DNA of 64,000 nucleotides from an uncultured SAR86 cluster bacterium (GCA_964276145.1 CAXYDN010000007.1:167122-231121); one strand, 5' to 3'. Shown: positions 9,320 through 17,405, counted from the stretch's first letter. Notes: a model not told the origin generated them from the letters alone. Made by a program: numbers and translations.

Positions 9320-12103
9320 ATGAAAAAAATTTCTTCTATACTTTTTGTTATTTCTTTTTTTGCTTTAAATGTAATTGCAGATATTAATAAGAGTCCAAGC
9401 GACCCTAGAAAATATTCAACATTTACCCTTAAAAATGGTATTGAGGTTGTTACTGTAAGCGATCCAAAACTTACCACATCAGCAGTAACCTTAAGTGTTG
9501 GTGTTGGACAGTTTCAAGACCCTGAAAATGCCCAAGGTATTGCACATTTTCTAGAGCATATGATTTTTATGGGATCAGAGAAATACAAGTCACCAAATGA
9601 GTATATGCAGTTTATAAGTGAAAATGGAGGCTCAACAAATGCATTTACAGCAGCAGAGCAAACAACATATCTATTTTCTATTAATAGTAGAATGTTTTCT
9701 CAAGGGCTTGATAGACTAAGCTCAGCTATAAAATCTCCATTATTTGATGCTTCAATGGTTGAAAAAGAAATAAGTGCAGTTAATTCTGAATGGTTGCTTT
9801 TAAGACAAAGTGATCAATTTGTTGTTAATCGAGCGTCTGTTAATACAACCAACCCAAATCATCCTAAATCTCAATTAGGAGTTGGTAATAACGAAACACT
9901 ATCAAGAGATAAAGAAATTCTCTTATCATCTCTAAGAGAATTTTATAATCAATATTATTCAGCCAATTTAATGAAATTGGTGCTTGTTGGAAACCAATCA
10001 CAACGAGAGCTTAAATCATATGCAAAAAAATATTTTGGAAACATTAAAAATAACAAAATTGAAAGGCCTGTTACAAAAGAGTCAGGGTATCTAAAGGATA
10101 GTCTGTTAAAAAATATTTATGTTCAAACAAAGACCGGTCAACCCTCTTTAACATTAGAATTTCCTTTTAAAGATAATAGAGACAAATGGAAATCTAAACC
10201 AAATCAATATGTTTCAAGGCTCTTGAATTCTCAGGAGGAAAATTCTTTATTTTCATACTTAACTGATGAAGGATATATTGAAGGCGGTGTTGCCAGCATT
10301 AATCCAAATGTTTGGGGAGCAGATGGCGCAGTTTTTTTTGATTTTACTCTTACAAGTAAAGGGCTAGCTAACAAAGATTTAGTAATAGATTTAACTTTCA
10401 AATATATTGATCTGATATCTACCCAAGGAATCAATAAAAAATATTATGATGAAATGAAAGCTATTAATGACAGAGAGTTTGAGGACTATACACCACCGCA
10501 AGCATTGAGCATGGCTGTTAACTTTGGTAGTCAAATTTTTGATGTTCCGATTGAAAACTTGATTGATTATAATTTAAGAACAGATTTTTTTGATGAAAAA
10601 GCTATTCAAGATGTTTTGTCACAATTAGTTCCATCTAATGTCCGTATTTATCACTTAAGTCCTGATGAAAGTACTTCAATAGATCTTAAGTATGCGGATG
10701 GTTCCTATAGAGTCGAGACAATCCCCCAAGACGATTTAACTAATTGGGGAAATACTGACATAGCGATTTATCTTCCAGAGCCAGAAGTGATTTCATTCGA
10801 TGATAAAGACGATATAACATTTGCATCAAAAGAATTTGAAACTCCACAAATTGTTTTCTCAGAAAAAGGCGTGCAGGCATTTTTATCACAAAGTAAAGAC
10901 CACAAAAATAATAAAGGAATAATGCAGGTAAAGTTTATGTCGCCTACGAGCGGTAAAAGTGCTCAAGTTGAAGCAGAGCTAAGTATAATCCTCTATCATT
11001 TCTTTAAAAAAAATAGGGGTAAGCTTGCTAAAGCATATCGAGGTGCAGGTATATCCATCATTCCGCAGCCAGATCAATATGGGAACTTAGGCTTTACTTT
11101 TATTGGTAGGTCTTTAAGTCAAATAAAATATGCTAACCAATTAATGGAATCATTTGCATCTTTTGAAATTAAAGATTGGGAGGTCCAAAACGCCATAAAG
11201 ATAATATTAGATAGTCTTGAGGATAGCGAAGAAGATGATATAAGCAATCAATTATTTACTTATGACTCAGAACTAGATAAAACATCTCGCTGGAATAGAA
11301 CTCAAGTAATTTCAGCAATGAAAAATGTGACTCGTCAAAGTATCTTAAAAACGCATAAGGATTACATGAGTACAACCTTTCTAGATATTTATGCATATGG
11401 CAATTATAATCCAGCAAAGGTTAAAATTTTTGCAAAAGATCTGAGGGATATCATTGGCCCATCAACTCAATTAACTCATTTTAGATATATACCCTCTTTT
11501 AAACCTATGCCTGGAACAGCTTCGATGAAAAAGGTTTCAATACCCAAAGATGGCGTTGGGATACTTGATAATTATATATACCCTGAAAAATCAAAAAAAA
11601 TAACTGCTCAGCTATCATTAATAAATAAACTGTTTAGGCCTACATTCTTTAATGAATTGAGAAGTAATCAAGAAGTTGGTTATATTGCATCTAGCTTTAG
11701 TTCTGAAACCAATGAATATCCAACACTTTCTACAGTAATTGTTAGTGACAGCAATAACCTTGAAGACCTAAAAGTTAAAGTTATGAGCTTTAACTATGGT
11801 TTTGCAGTTGCTTTTAAAGATTTAGATAACAAGACAATAGAAAATGTTAAAAAAGCAATGATTGAAGAATTAGAAAAAGAAGCAGAGAATTTATTTGTTG
11901 AATCATCTTCATATCTGGATGACTGGGGTAAAGGAAACTATAATTTTGATACCGATCAGTTAATGATAAATCACATCAAAAATACTTCTAAAGATGATCT
12001 AGTAGCATTAGTAAATCAAATGTTTGTTGAAGGGCAGTATATGAATACCACTGTTCAAATTAGAGGTGAGGACTTCAAAGATACCCCATTTTTTAACTGG
12101 TAG
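9320..12103 (+). CDS. M16-family zinc metallopeptidase (pitrilysin/insulinase-like), exported
   Basis: HFLEHMIFMGSEKY inverted zinc motif (HxxEH). Signal peptide MKKISSILFVISFFALNVIA. ATG 9320 is preferred over the track start at 9293. Confidence 0.9.
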   Translation: MKKISSILFVISFFALNVIADINKSPSDPRKYSTFTLKNGIEVVTVSDPKLTTSAVTLSVGVGQFQDPENAQGIAHFLEHMIFMGSEKYKSPNEYMQFISENGGSTNAFTAAEQTTYLFSINSRMFSQGLDRLSSAIKSPLFDASMVEKEISAVNSEWLLLRQSDQFVVNRASVNTTNPNHPKSQLGVGNNETLSRDKEILLSSLREFYNQYYSANLMKLVLVGNQSQRELKSYAKKYFGNIKNNKIERPVTKESGYLKDSLLKNIYVQTKTGQPSLTLEFPFKDNRDKWKSKPNQYVSRLLNSQEENSLFSYLTDEGYIEGGVASINPNVWGADGAVFFDFTLTSKGLANKDLVIDLTFKYIDLISTQGINKKYYDEMKAINDREFEDYTPPQALSMAVNFGSQIFDVPIENLIDYNLRTDFFDEKAIQDVLSQLVPSNVRIYHLSPDESTSIDLKYADGSYRVETIPQDDLTNWGNTDIAIYLPEPEVISFDDKDDITFASKEFETPQIVFSEKGVQAFLSQSKDHKNNKGIMQVKFMSPTSGKSAQVEAELSIILYHFFKKNRGKLAKAYRGAGISIIPQPDQYGNLGFTFIGRSLSQIKYANQLMESFASFEIKDWEVQNAIKIILDSLEDSEEDDISNQLFTYDSELDKTSRWNRTQVISAMKNVTRQSILKTHKDYMSTTFLDIYAYGNYNPAKVKIFAKDLRDIIGPSTQLTHFRYIPSFKPMPGTASMKKVSIPKDGVGILDNYIYPEKSKKITAQLSLINKLFRPTFFNELRSNQEVGYIASSFSSETNEYPTLSTVIVSDSNNLEDLKVKVMSFNYGFAVAFKDLDNKTIENVKKAMIEELEKEAENLFVESSSYLDDWGKGNYNFDTDQLMINHIKNTSKDDLVALVNQMFVEGQYMNTTVQIRGEDFKDTPFFNW

Positions 12104-12117
12104 ATAATATTTTAAGA

Positions 12118-12150
12118 TAAAAAAAAGAGAGCTTATGCTCTCTTTTTTTT
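12118..12150. terminator. Bidirectional rho-independent terminator
   Basis: AAAAAAAGAGAGC-ttat-GCTCTCTTTTTTTT sits between the convergent genes ending at 12103 (+) and 12165 (-). Confidence 0.8.
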
Positions 12151-12164
12151 ATTTATTTGTCTTA

Positions 12165-12977
12165 TTAATTTGATAAAAAATTTGGCATAAATTCTTTATC
12201 GTCTGCATTATAAAGTGTGAATCCGTTATAAAGATCAATCTGTTCACCGCATGAAGCAAACTCACTAAATATTGGAAACATTTTTTCTCTTACGCTGGTC
12301 TCAAATGAAGCAGTAGCTTTATCCATTGATTTCTTGCTATTTGTGAAATTCATCCATAAAAAACTAGATGGATCTTCATGAAAAAAATAATTGCCTAGAT
12401 GATATGTGGTATCAGCATAATCTGATTGGGCCACTGCATCTCTAAAGCCAGGTAAAAAACCTATAGCATCTTCTTTTGAGTATCCGCTATTTAATTCACA
12501 TACATAAACCTCTGTATAAAAATAACCTGACTCAGGTAGTTCTCCATATGTGGCAGCTGGAATTGGAAAAACGCTATCAAAAGCATTTCTTGATTCACCA
12601 TCGCACTGTAAAACAGAAGCATATTTCTCTTGCCATGCAAGTGCATCTTCATTATCGACCCATTCTTCCCATGCAGCATCAGCAGCTTCTTCAGATGACC
12701 ATTGTATTTCCCACCATCCAGTATCACCAACTGAATTAGTATCAACAGCTGGAGCATAACCCCATACACCTTGAAGATCTTCAGCAGTTAAGAGTTTTTG
12801 CCATTCAGCGATCATGGCTGTCATATTCTCTGAGTTAAAGTCTGGGCCAGCTTCGCATGGCATGAATTCAGTAAAATAAGAAGTATCGAGTGGGTCAGCA
12901 ACTTGTTCAGCAGCTTCCTCCATTGAGCAACTCACTATAAAAATGACTGGTAATATCAATGTAATTAATTTTTTCAT
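12165..12977 (-). CDS. Acidic, Trp-rich lipoprotein of unknown function
   Basis: Lipobox LPVIFIVSC. I recognise no family. Confidence 0.6.
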   Translation of the reverse strand: MKKLITLILPVIFIVSCSMEEAAEQVADPLDTSYFTEFMPCEAGPDFNSENMTAMIAEWQKLLTAEDLQGVWGYAPAVDTNSVGDTGWWEIQWSSEEAADAAWEEWVDNEDALAWQEKYASVLQCDGESRNAFDSVFPIPAATYGELPESGYFYTEVYVCELNSGYSKEDAIGFLPGFRDAVAQSDYADTTYHLGNYFFHEDPSSFLWMNFTNSKKSMDKATASFETSVREKMFPIFSEFASCGEQIDLYNGFTLYNADDKEFMPNFLSN

Positions 12978-13083
12978 GTTTTTCCCTATTTTTTAAAACT
13001 TAAAATTATTCTCTCATCTAGAATTATTAAGTCAAATAGAAATAAGATATAGAAAATATGTATAAAAAATTACTTATATGCAT

Positions 13084-13116
13084 AAAAAAAGAGAGCTAAA
13101 AGCTCTCTTTTTTTTA
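13084..13116. terminator. Rho-independent terminator closing the riboswitch/small-ORF unit
   Basis: AAAAAAAGAGAGCT-aaa-AGCTCTCTTTTTTTT. On the minus strand the hairpin is followed by a U-run 5 nt after the stop at 13121. Confidence 0.8.
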
Positions 13117-13120
13117 AACC

Positions 13121-13285
13121 TTACAAATAGTAAGGGAAAAATACATCCTTTTTAGGCTGTGACTTATTCTCAGTTTTATTTTGAGTACGTAAGTTATAGT
13201 TAAGCTTATTAATTGCAATTTGCAACATAACTGGGCTTCCTAGCTTAGGTGTATTTAGTTTTTTTTGAATGTTTAAAGCATTCAT
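13121..13285 (-). CDS. 54-aa basic protein of unknown function, riboswitch-controlled
   Basis: MNALNIQKKLNTPKLGSPVMLQIAINKLNYNLRTQNKTENKSQPKKDVFFPYYL. AAGGAG (13291..13296) lies 5 nt upstream of ATG 13285. The track's longer start at 13324 runs into the aptamer. Confidence 0.6.
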   Translation of the reverse strand: MNALNIQKKLNTPKLGSPVMLQIAINKLNYNLRTQNKTENKSQPKKDVFFPYYL

Positions 13286-13306
13286 AACATCTCCTTTTAA
13301 AAAGAT

Positions 13307-13354
13307 GCGTTCCTTCGGTATCATTACCTACTTCCGTCTCTTTAGAGATGAACG
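13307..13354 (-). promoter_or_regulatory. Glutamine-riboswitch-like aptamer (glnA RNA motif), ORF-proximal copy
   Basis: Minus-strand RNA: AUCGUUCA-UCUC[UAAA]GAGA-CGGAAGUAG-GUA[AUGA]UAC-CGAAGGAACGCAU. P1 is CGUUC/GAACG. The junction strings CGGAAGUAG and CGAAGGAACGC match my recollection of the glnA RNA consensus. Confidence 0.7.
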
Positions 13355-13362
13355 ATGATAAT

Positions 13363-13409
13363 GCGTTCCTTCGTCTTGCGACTACTTCCGTCCCCCTAGG
13401 GGATGAACG
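13363..13409 (-). promoter_or_regulatory. Glutamine-riboswitch-like aptamer (glnA RNA motif), distal copy
   Basis: Minus-strand RNA: AUCGUUCA-UCCCC[UAG]GGGGA-CGGAAGUAG-UC[GCAA]GA-CGAAGGAACGCAU. The junction sequences are identical to the other copy. Both hairpins differ in sequence but keep pairing (covariation). Confidence 0.7.
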
Positions 13410-13548
13410 ATAATTAATAGTAGCAAAGAAATAATTTATATACAAATTCTATATATAAACTTATATATTTTTTTTTTATACTTTAAAGAGTTTGGATAGC
13501 TTATTTCATAGATATATTAAATATTCAATATTTAATTATGGAGTAATT

Positions 13549-13965
13549 ATGAAAAAATATTTCTTGCTATGCGCTGTTATTGGATTCTCAACATCAGCAT
13601 TTTCTTTAACCCTTGAAGATACTTTTAATGCAACGTTTAAGATTGACTCTGTTACGGTGGGTAAAAGCGAAAGCACAATAAATTTATCCAGCCCTTCAAC
13701 CGGTCAATACGGAAAAGTTTATGTTTCTTATACTTTCACATCAAATCCTGATATTCCTGGCTCAGGAACATGGACTGGCCATGGCAGAGGAATTAGCCCT
13801 GAGGGAGTTATAGCCAGAGGAGATCTAATGGGTGTCTATACTTTAGAAGGTGGAAAAATTCATGTGAAGTCACTTGATAGCGTCACTGATGGTATAAACT
13901 TTTTAGAAGGATCAATTGACCTTGTTTCTGGTGTGATGGAAGCATCAGTATCTAAAGTTAAATAA
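13549..13965 (+). CDS. Secreted protein of unknown function
   Basis: GGAG lies 6 nt before ATG 13549. Signal peptide MKKYFLLCAVIGFSTSAFS. The track start at 13492 is unlikely. Confidence 0.6.
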   Translation: MKKYFLLCAVIGFSTSAFSLTLEDTFNATFKIDSVTVGKSESTINLSSPSTGQYGKVYVSYTFTSNPDIPGSGTWTGHGRGISPEGVIARGDLMGVYTLEGGKIHVKSLDSVTDGINFLEGSIDLVSGVMEASVSKVK

Positions 13966-13980
13966 TTTTTTTTATTTTAT

Positions 13981-14009
13981 AAAAAGCGGTCTTGAGCCGC
14001 TTTTTTTTA
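13981..14009 (+). terminator. Rho-independent terminator
   Basis: AAAAAGCGG-tcttgag-CCGCTTTTTTTT follows the stop at 13965. Confidence 0.7.
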
Positions 14010-14216
14010 TTGAGATATCATTAGATCAGGATTAATCTGGCATTCATTAATAACCGATTCTTTCTTTCTTTTTGGATAGCCTTTTTTTGCATCTGATTTA
14101 TTTACATAATCTACGCATTCATCAATGTTAGTAAAAGGTGGTTTAGGAATATTTTCATTCGATGATCTTCCACACCCAACTAATCCAACAACTATTATTA
14201 ATACTAAATATTTCAT
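14007..14216 (-). CDS. Small lipoprotein
   Basis: MKYLVLIIVVGLVGC lipobox. 69 aa. Confidence 0.55.
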   Translation of the reverse strand: MKYLVLIIVVGLVGCGRSSNENIPKPPFTNIDECVDYVNKSDAKKGYPKRKKESVINECQINPDLMISQ

Positions 14217-14228
14217 AATGTCTTCACC

Positions 14229-15104
14229 TTAAAGCATATCAATTTTTTGATTAACTATATCTTTTAGTAACGGACTTTTTTCAGATTTAGCGAATGCCTC
14301 ATCAATGCCAGCAAATCTTGCTTGATTTACTTCGCGATAATTGGGATGAGTGAAAATGTATAATTCTCCATCGTTAATTGCTTCTACTACTCTTTTACCA
14401 ACAATAGAGGCATCTATTCCGTCCTTTACCATCTGCTTTGTTTGTTTTGAAAAGCTACTTTCATTTTCAGTATTATATATATCTGATTTATATTTATCTG
14501 GTCGATTTCTTTCTGAGTCATATATACGAGTTTTTACAAAAGCAGGACATAATACAGATACGCCAATACGCTTATCTTGTAGCTCTTGAGCCCAGCTTTC
14601 AGACAATGCAACAACCGCAGCTTTGCTGGCAGTATATGCCCCACTATATGGAACACCTCCCATACCTGCCATTGAGGATACATTTAAAATCCAACCTCCT
14701 TCACCATGCTCCTTAATTAGAGGTGTTATTGTCTTTGCGCCATAAACAACACCCATTAAATTAACTTCCAATGCCCAATGCCAGCCTTCTTTTTCTTGGC
14801 TTTCTATAGGTCCTGAATCACCACCAACGCCAGCGTTATTAACAACCATATGAACCTTACCAAATTTGTCTATTGCTTTTTTAGCAACTGATTTCCATTG
14901 CATTTCATCAGCTACATCTAGCAAAGCAGACAGTACAGGAATTCCTAATGACTCTAATTCTGCAGTAGATTTAAGTAGATTTTCTTTATCGATATCAGCA
15001 AGAACTATATTCATCTTTTGCTCACCTAATGCTTTGGCAATAGAGAGGCCAATACCTTCAGCTCCACCACTAATTACAGCAGTTCGTCCTTCAAATTTAA
15101 ACAT
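14229..15104 (-). CDS. Short-chain dehydrogenase/reductase (SDR)
   Basis: TAVISGGAEGIGLSIA cofactor motif and YTASKAAV catalytic YxxxK. Confidence 0.9.
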   Translation of the reverse strand: MFKFEGRTAVISGGAEGIGLSIAKALGEQKMNIVLADIDKENLLKSTAELESLGIPVLSALLDVADEMQWKSVAKKAIDKFGKVHMVVNNAGVGGDSGPIESQEKEGWHWALEVNLMGVVYGAKTITPLIKEHGEGGWILNVSSMAGMGGVPYSGAYTASKAAVVALSESWAQELQDKRIGVSVLCPAFVKTRIYDSERNRPDKYKSDIYNTENESSFSKQTKQMVKDGIDASIVGKRVVEAINDGELYIFTHPNYREVNQARFAGIDEAFAKSEKSPLLKDIVNQKIDML

Positions 15105-15114
15105 TTAAAGTTTT

Positions 15115-15390
15115 CTATTTTTTAATGGCTTCTTCATATATCGAAACAGTATCTAGCATGATATATCCAGAAACAAATTCTCCAAGAAAAGTAACTGTTG
15201 TTACAAACAAGCCAATAATTAAATAAAAATTAAACATACTGGAGCTATGCCTTAGTTCGTTGGAGCCAATCAATATATAAACTATCCCCATAAGATAAAG
15301 AGTTAGTCCTGAAAAATAATTATCTATATATATTAATACCAATGAAATTAGTAATAAAACAAACGTTAGAATATGTGCGTAATTTTTCAT
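15115..15390 (-). CDS. 91-aa polytopic small membrane protein
   Basis: MKNYAHILTFVLLLISLVLIYI.. has three hydrophobic spans. ATG 15390 overlaps the TAA of the upstream 28-aa ORF (TAATG). Confidence 0.5.
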   Translation of the reverse strand: MKNYAHILTFVLLLISLVLIYIDNYFSGLTLYLMGIVYILIGSNELRHSSSMFNFYLIIGLFVTTVTFLGEFVSGYIMLDTVSIYEEAIKK

Positions 15391-15476
15391 TAGAACCACC
15401 CCTGTAATCTACCAATCATTCCAAAAATTATTCCTGGTAATACCAATATGATTGTTGTTTTAGTATCTATGTTCAT
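15390..15476 (-). CDS. 28-aa hydrophobic peptide (not in ORF track)
   Basis: MNIDTKTTIILVLPGIIFGMIGRLQGWF. It is preceded by the conserved GGAGAGAAC leader of repeat family A and is translationally coupled to the next ORF. Confidence 0.4.
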   Translation of the reverse strand: MNIDTKTTIILVLPGIIFGMIGRLQGWF

Positions 15477-15554
15477 GTTCTCTCCAGCTTAAAAATAAAC
15501 ATCTCAATAATGCCATAATAATTTGTCAAAATAAAACACATTGTTGTAAATATT
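15477..15554. repeat. Repeat family A copy 1 (conserved promoter/leader module)
   Basis: gttctctccagcttaaaaataaacatctcaataatgccataataatttgtcaaaataaaacacattgtt aligns with copies at 15779 and 16513. The minus strand reads TTGACA-17 nt-TGAGAT-leader-GGAGAG-ATG. Confidence 0.6.
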
Positions 15555-15576
15555 AGACTGGGGAGAACCCCTCTTT

Positions 15577-15599
15577 GTAACTCTACCTAGTTGCTTTTA
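15577..15599. repeat. Repeat family X copy 1
   Basis: GTAACTCTACCTAGTTGCTTTTA compared with GCAACTCTACCCAGTTACTTTTA at 16847. Both lie immediately 3' of a minus-strand mini-ORF. Confidence 0.5.
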
Positions 15600-15601
15600 T
15601 A

Positions 15602-15775
15602 TTATTCTTCTAATTTTCCTTGCCCTTGCCAATAAAATAATAAAGTTAATGCGGACAACATCAATATATCGAAGAAACTTCCTTCACCGTAAAAAAAATC
15701 ATAGGTAGCATAAATAGTGATAAACAGTGAAATTATCCAAAAATGTCTTCCATATTTCGCTAATAGTTTTTTCAT
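15602..15775 (-). CDS. 57-aa small membrane protein (not in ORF track)
   Basis: MKKLLAKYGRHFWIISLFITIYATYDFFYGEGSFFDILMLSALTLLFYWQGQGKLEE. Hand-translated. Confidence 0.45.
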   Translation of the reverse strand: MKKLLAKYGRHFWIISLFITIYATYDFFYGEGSFFDILMLSALTLLFYWQGQGKLEE

Positions 15776-15778
15776 CCT

Positions 15779-15832
15779 TAGATAATGCCATAACCATTTG
15801 TCAAAATAAAATACATTGTTTAGGATGTGATT
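15779..15832. repeat. Repeat family A copy 2
   Basis: tagataatgccataaccatttgtcaaaataaaatacattgtttaggatgtgatt runs directly into ATG 15833. Confidence 0.6.
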
Positions 15833-16111
15833 ATGAAAAAAATATTACTATTACTGATGTCATTACCATTAATAACTTTTGCTGATCCTACTTCAGATAA
15901 AAGATTGGTATCTGAGCTTTCAATTGATGAATTAAAACAAATTGTTAGAAGCATTGTTGAGGAGAGTATTGAACAATGTGTTGTTACTGGAACTATGGAA
16001 GGAAGAGCAAAGGTTAATCTTAAAGTTGAGGGTGAAGTTGTTGCTAAAATGGAATGTGAGTTCAAGCAGCCGAATAAAATAGAAGAAGTAAAAAAAGATA
16101 TATCTAGTTAA
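15833..16111 (+). CDS. 92-aa secreted protein
   Basis: Signal peptide MKKILLLLMSLPLITFA. Its stop lies inside CTAGTTAA, which opens repeat R1. Confidence 0.55.
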   Translation: MKKILLLLMSLPLITFADPTSDKRLVSELSIDELKQIVRSIVEESIEQCVVTGTMEGRAKVNLKVEGEVVAKMECEFKQPNKIEEVKKDISS

Positions 16112-16172
16112 CCTCTCAAAATATTCAACCAATAGAGATATACCTACCCCACCCGACTGTTACTCCTACCTG
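16104..16172 (+). repeat. Repeat family R copy 1 (C-rich ~70-80 nt element)
   Basis: ctagttaacctctcaaaatattcaaccaatagagatatacctaccccacccgactgttactcctacctg aligns with the copies at 17178 and 19733. Confidence 0.7.
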
Positions 16173-16206
16173 TATATAGAAGTAATATAGCTAGGAGTTT
16201 TTCATA

Positions 16207-16512
16207 TTAAATATCTGTATGTTCAGGTCCGCATATAGTTGCTTTAAGGCTGGAAGCTCCCCCATCCAATAGAGGCTCTAATAAATCTAATAAACCAGTT
16301 TCAATTCTCCATGCAAGGTATTTTTGTTGATGCTCTAACGTCTCCCAATCCTCAATTAGATGGATTGTATTTGTAGATTCCTCAATAAATGTTTTTACAC
16401 TAATACAACCATCAAAATTTCTTGTATCTGGTAAAGCTGATTTTAATGTCTCTTTAAGGTTATTAATTGTTTCAGGTTTTGCAGGGAATGAAACGACTAC
16501 TAAATTTTTCAT
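16207..16512 (-). CDS. Antibiotic-biosynthesis-monooxygenase (ABM) fold protein
   Basis: About 100 aa. MKNLVVVSFPAKPE...HLIEDWETLEHQQKYLAWR shows a ferredoxin-like ABM pattern. Confidence 0.6.
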   Translation of the reverse strand: MKNLVVVSFPAKPETINNLKETLKSALPDTRNFDGCISVKTFIEESTNTIHLIEDWETLEHQQKYLAWRIETGLLDLLEPLLDGGASSLKATICGPEHTDI

Positions 16513-16593
16513 ATTTTCTCCAATTTAAAATAAAGCATCTCAATAATGCCACAATCAATTGTCAAAATAAAACACATTGTTTAGGATGTGGTT
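16513..16593. repeat. Repeat family A copy 3
   Basis: attttctccaatttaaaataaagcatctcaataatgccacaatcaattgtcaaaataaaacacattgtttaggatgtggtt lies between the ABM start (16512) and ATG 16594. Confidence 0.6.
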
Positions 16594-16842
16594 ATGAGCA
16601 GTGAGTACGAAGAGTTTATGAACTCTAACAAAAATGAAGACTCTTCTTCTGCTGAAGAAATAGATGAAGTGGAAATAGATACAATTGATGTAGAGGTGGT
16701 TGGAGTCTCTATTCCATTTATAGATATCTTTGTGTTGGTTTTTAAATACGTGATAGCTTTCTTTTTGGTATCAGTATGTATAGCTATTATCGGATTCTTT
16801 ATAACAGCATTATTAGGTATTAGTGCTTTAAGCTTTATCTAA
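16594..16842 (+). CDS. 82-aa protein with an acidic N-terminus and two TM spans
   Basis: MSSEYEEFMNSNKNEDSSSAEEIDEVEID...FVLVFKYVIAFFLVSVCIAIIGFFITALLGI. Confidence 0.5.
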   Translation: MSSEYEEFMNSNKNEDSSSAEEIDEVEIDTIDVEVVGVSIPFIDIFVLVFKYVIAFFLVSVCIAIIGFFITALLGISALSFI

Positions 16843-16846
16843 CTCC

Positions 16847-16869
16847 GCAACTCTACCCAGTTACTTTTA
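16847..16869. repeat. Repeat family X copy 2
   Basis: GCAACTCTACCCAGTTACTTTTA. Confidence 0.5.
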
Positions 16870-16876
16870 ATAGAAC

Positions 16877-16954
16877 CTACTTTAATAGGAAGGTTAATAT
16901 AACTATTACAGTACAACCTAAGATTACCCAATTAACCCAATTATTCATACTCAT
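16877..16954 (-). CDS. 25-aa hydrophobic peptide (not in ORF track)
   Basis: MSMNNWVNWVILGCTVIVILTFLLK. GGAGAG lies 6 nt upstream, within the family A leader. Confidence 0.35.
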   Translation of the reverse strand: MSMNNWVNWVILGCTVIVILTFLLK

Positions 16955-16985
16955 AATCTTCTCTCCATTTTAAAAATAAGTTTGA
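16955..16985. repeat. Repeat family A, leader-only partial copy 4
   Basis: aatcttctctccattttaaaaataag matches the ttctctcca..ttaaaaataa part of copies 1 and 3, then diverges. Confidence 0.45.
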
Positions 16986-17055
16986 TTTATTTTGGCATAG
17001 TCTACAAAGAAAAAGAAATCGCAACCTTCGTTGGTCATTTGCTAAGATAGAGCCA

Positions 17056-17181
17056 ATGGAAGAAAAGACTAAATCAGTAATAGGAATAGTAATTATTATT
17101 GTTGGTCTAATTGCATACAACTATTATGAATACAATAAATGGTGTGATGGTTGGTTTTATATATGGAAACCATGGTGCTAG
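17056..17181 (+). CDS. 41-aa TM peptide with a Trp/Cys-rich tail (not in ORF track)
   Basis: MEEKTKSVIGIVIIIVGLIAYNYYEYNKWCDGWFYIWKPWC. Its TAG stop lies inside the CTAGTTAA opening of repeat R2. Confidence 0.4.
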   Translation: MEEKTKSVIGIVIIIVGLIAYNYYEYNKWCDGWFYIWKPWC

Positions 17182-17257
17182 TTAATATCCCAAAACCTTT
17201 CAAAATATTTGACCACTAGATATATACCCACCCCACCCGGCTGGTACTCCTGCCCTG
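17178..17257 (+). repeat. Repeat family R copy 2
   Basis: ctagttaatatcccaaaacctttcaaaatatttgaccactagatatatacccaccccacccggctggtactcctgccctg. Confidence 0.7.
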
Positions 17258-17405
17258 CCCAAGCTAAAAAGAGACTTTAGGCATCCTTTTTATATGCGAA
17301 ATATAAATCAGTATATGATAACTTTTTTTGATTTATAGGTACTTAATACATTCTATTGATAACCCTAACATCCTCTCAAAGGTGCATTATTATAGGCTTT
17401 TAAAA

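Noticed and set aside
13300-13420. Tandem glycine riboswitch
   Set aside because: The tandem layout and ACCGAAGG-like strings first suggested glycine. The elements are only ~47 nt each and lack the GGAGAG/CUCUGGAGAG and GCAA...CUCAGGC features I recall for glycine aptamers. They fit the glnA RNA layout instead.
13245-13445. 66-aa minus-strand ORF, and the N-terminal extension (to 13324) of the 67-aa ORF
   Set aside because: Both read through the two conserved riboswitch-like aptamers. The Shine-Dalgarno and ATG at 13285 give a better-supported start for the only plausible ORF.
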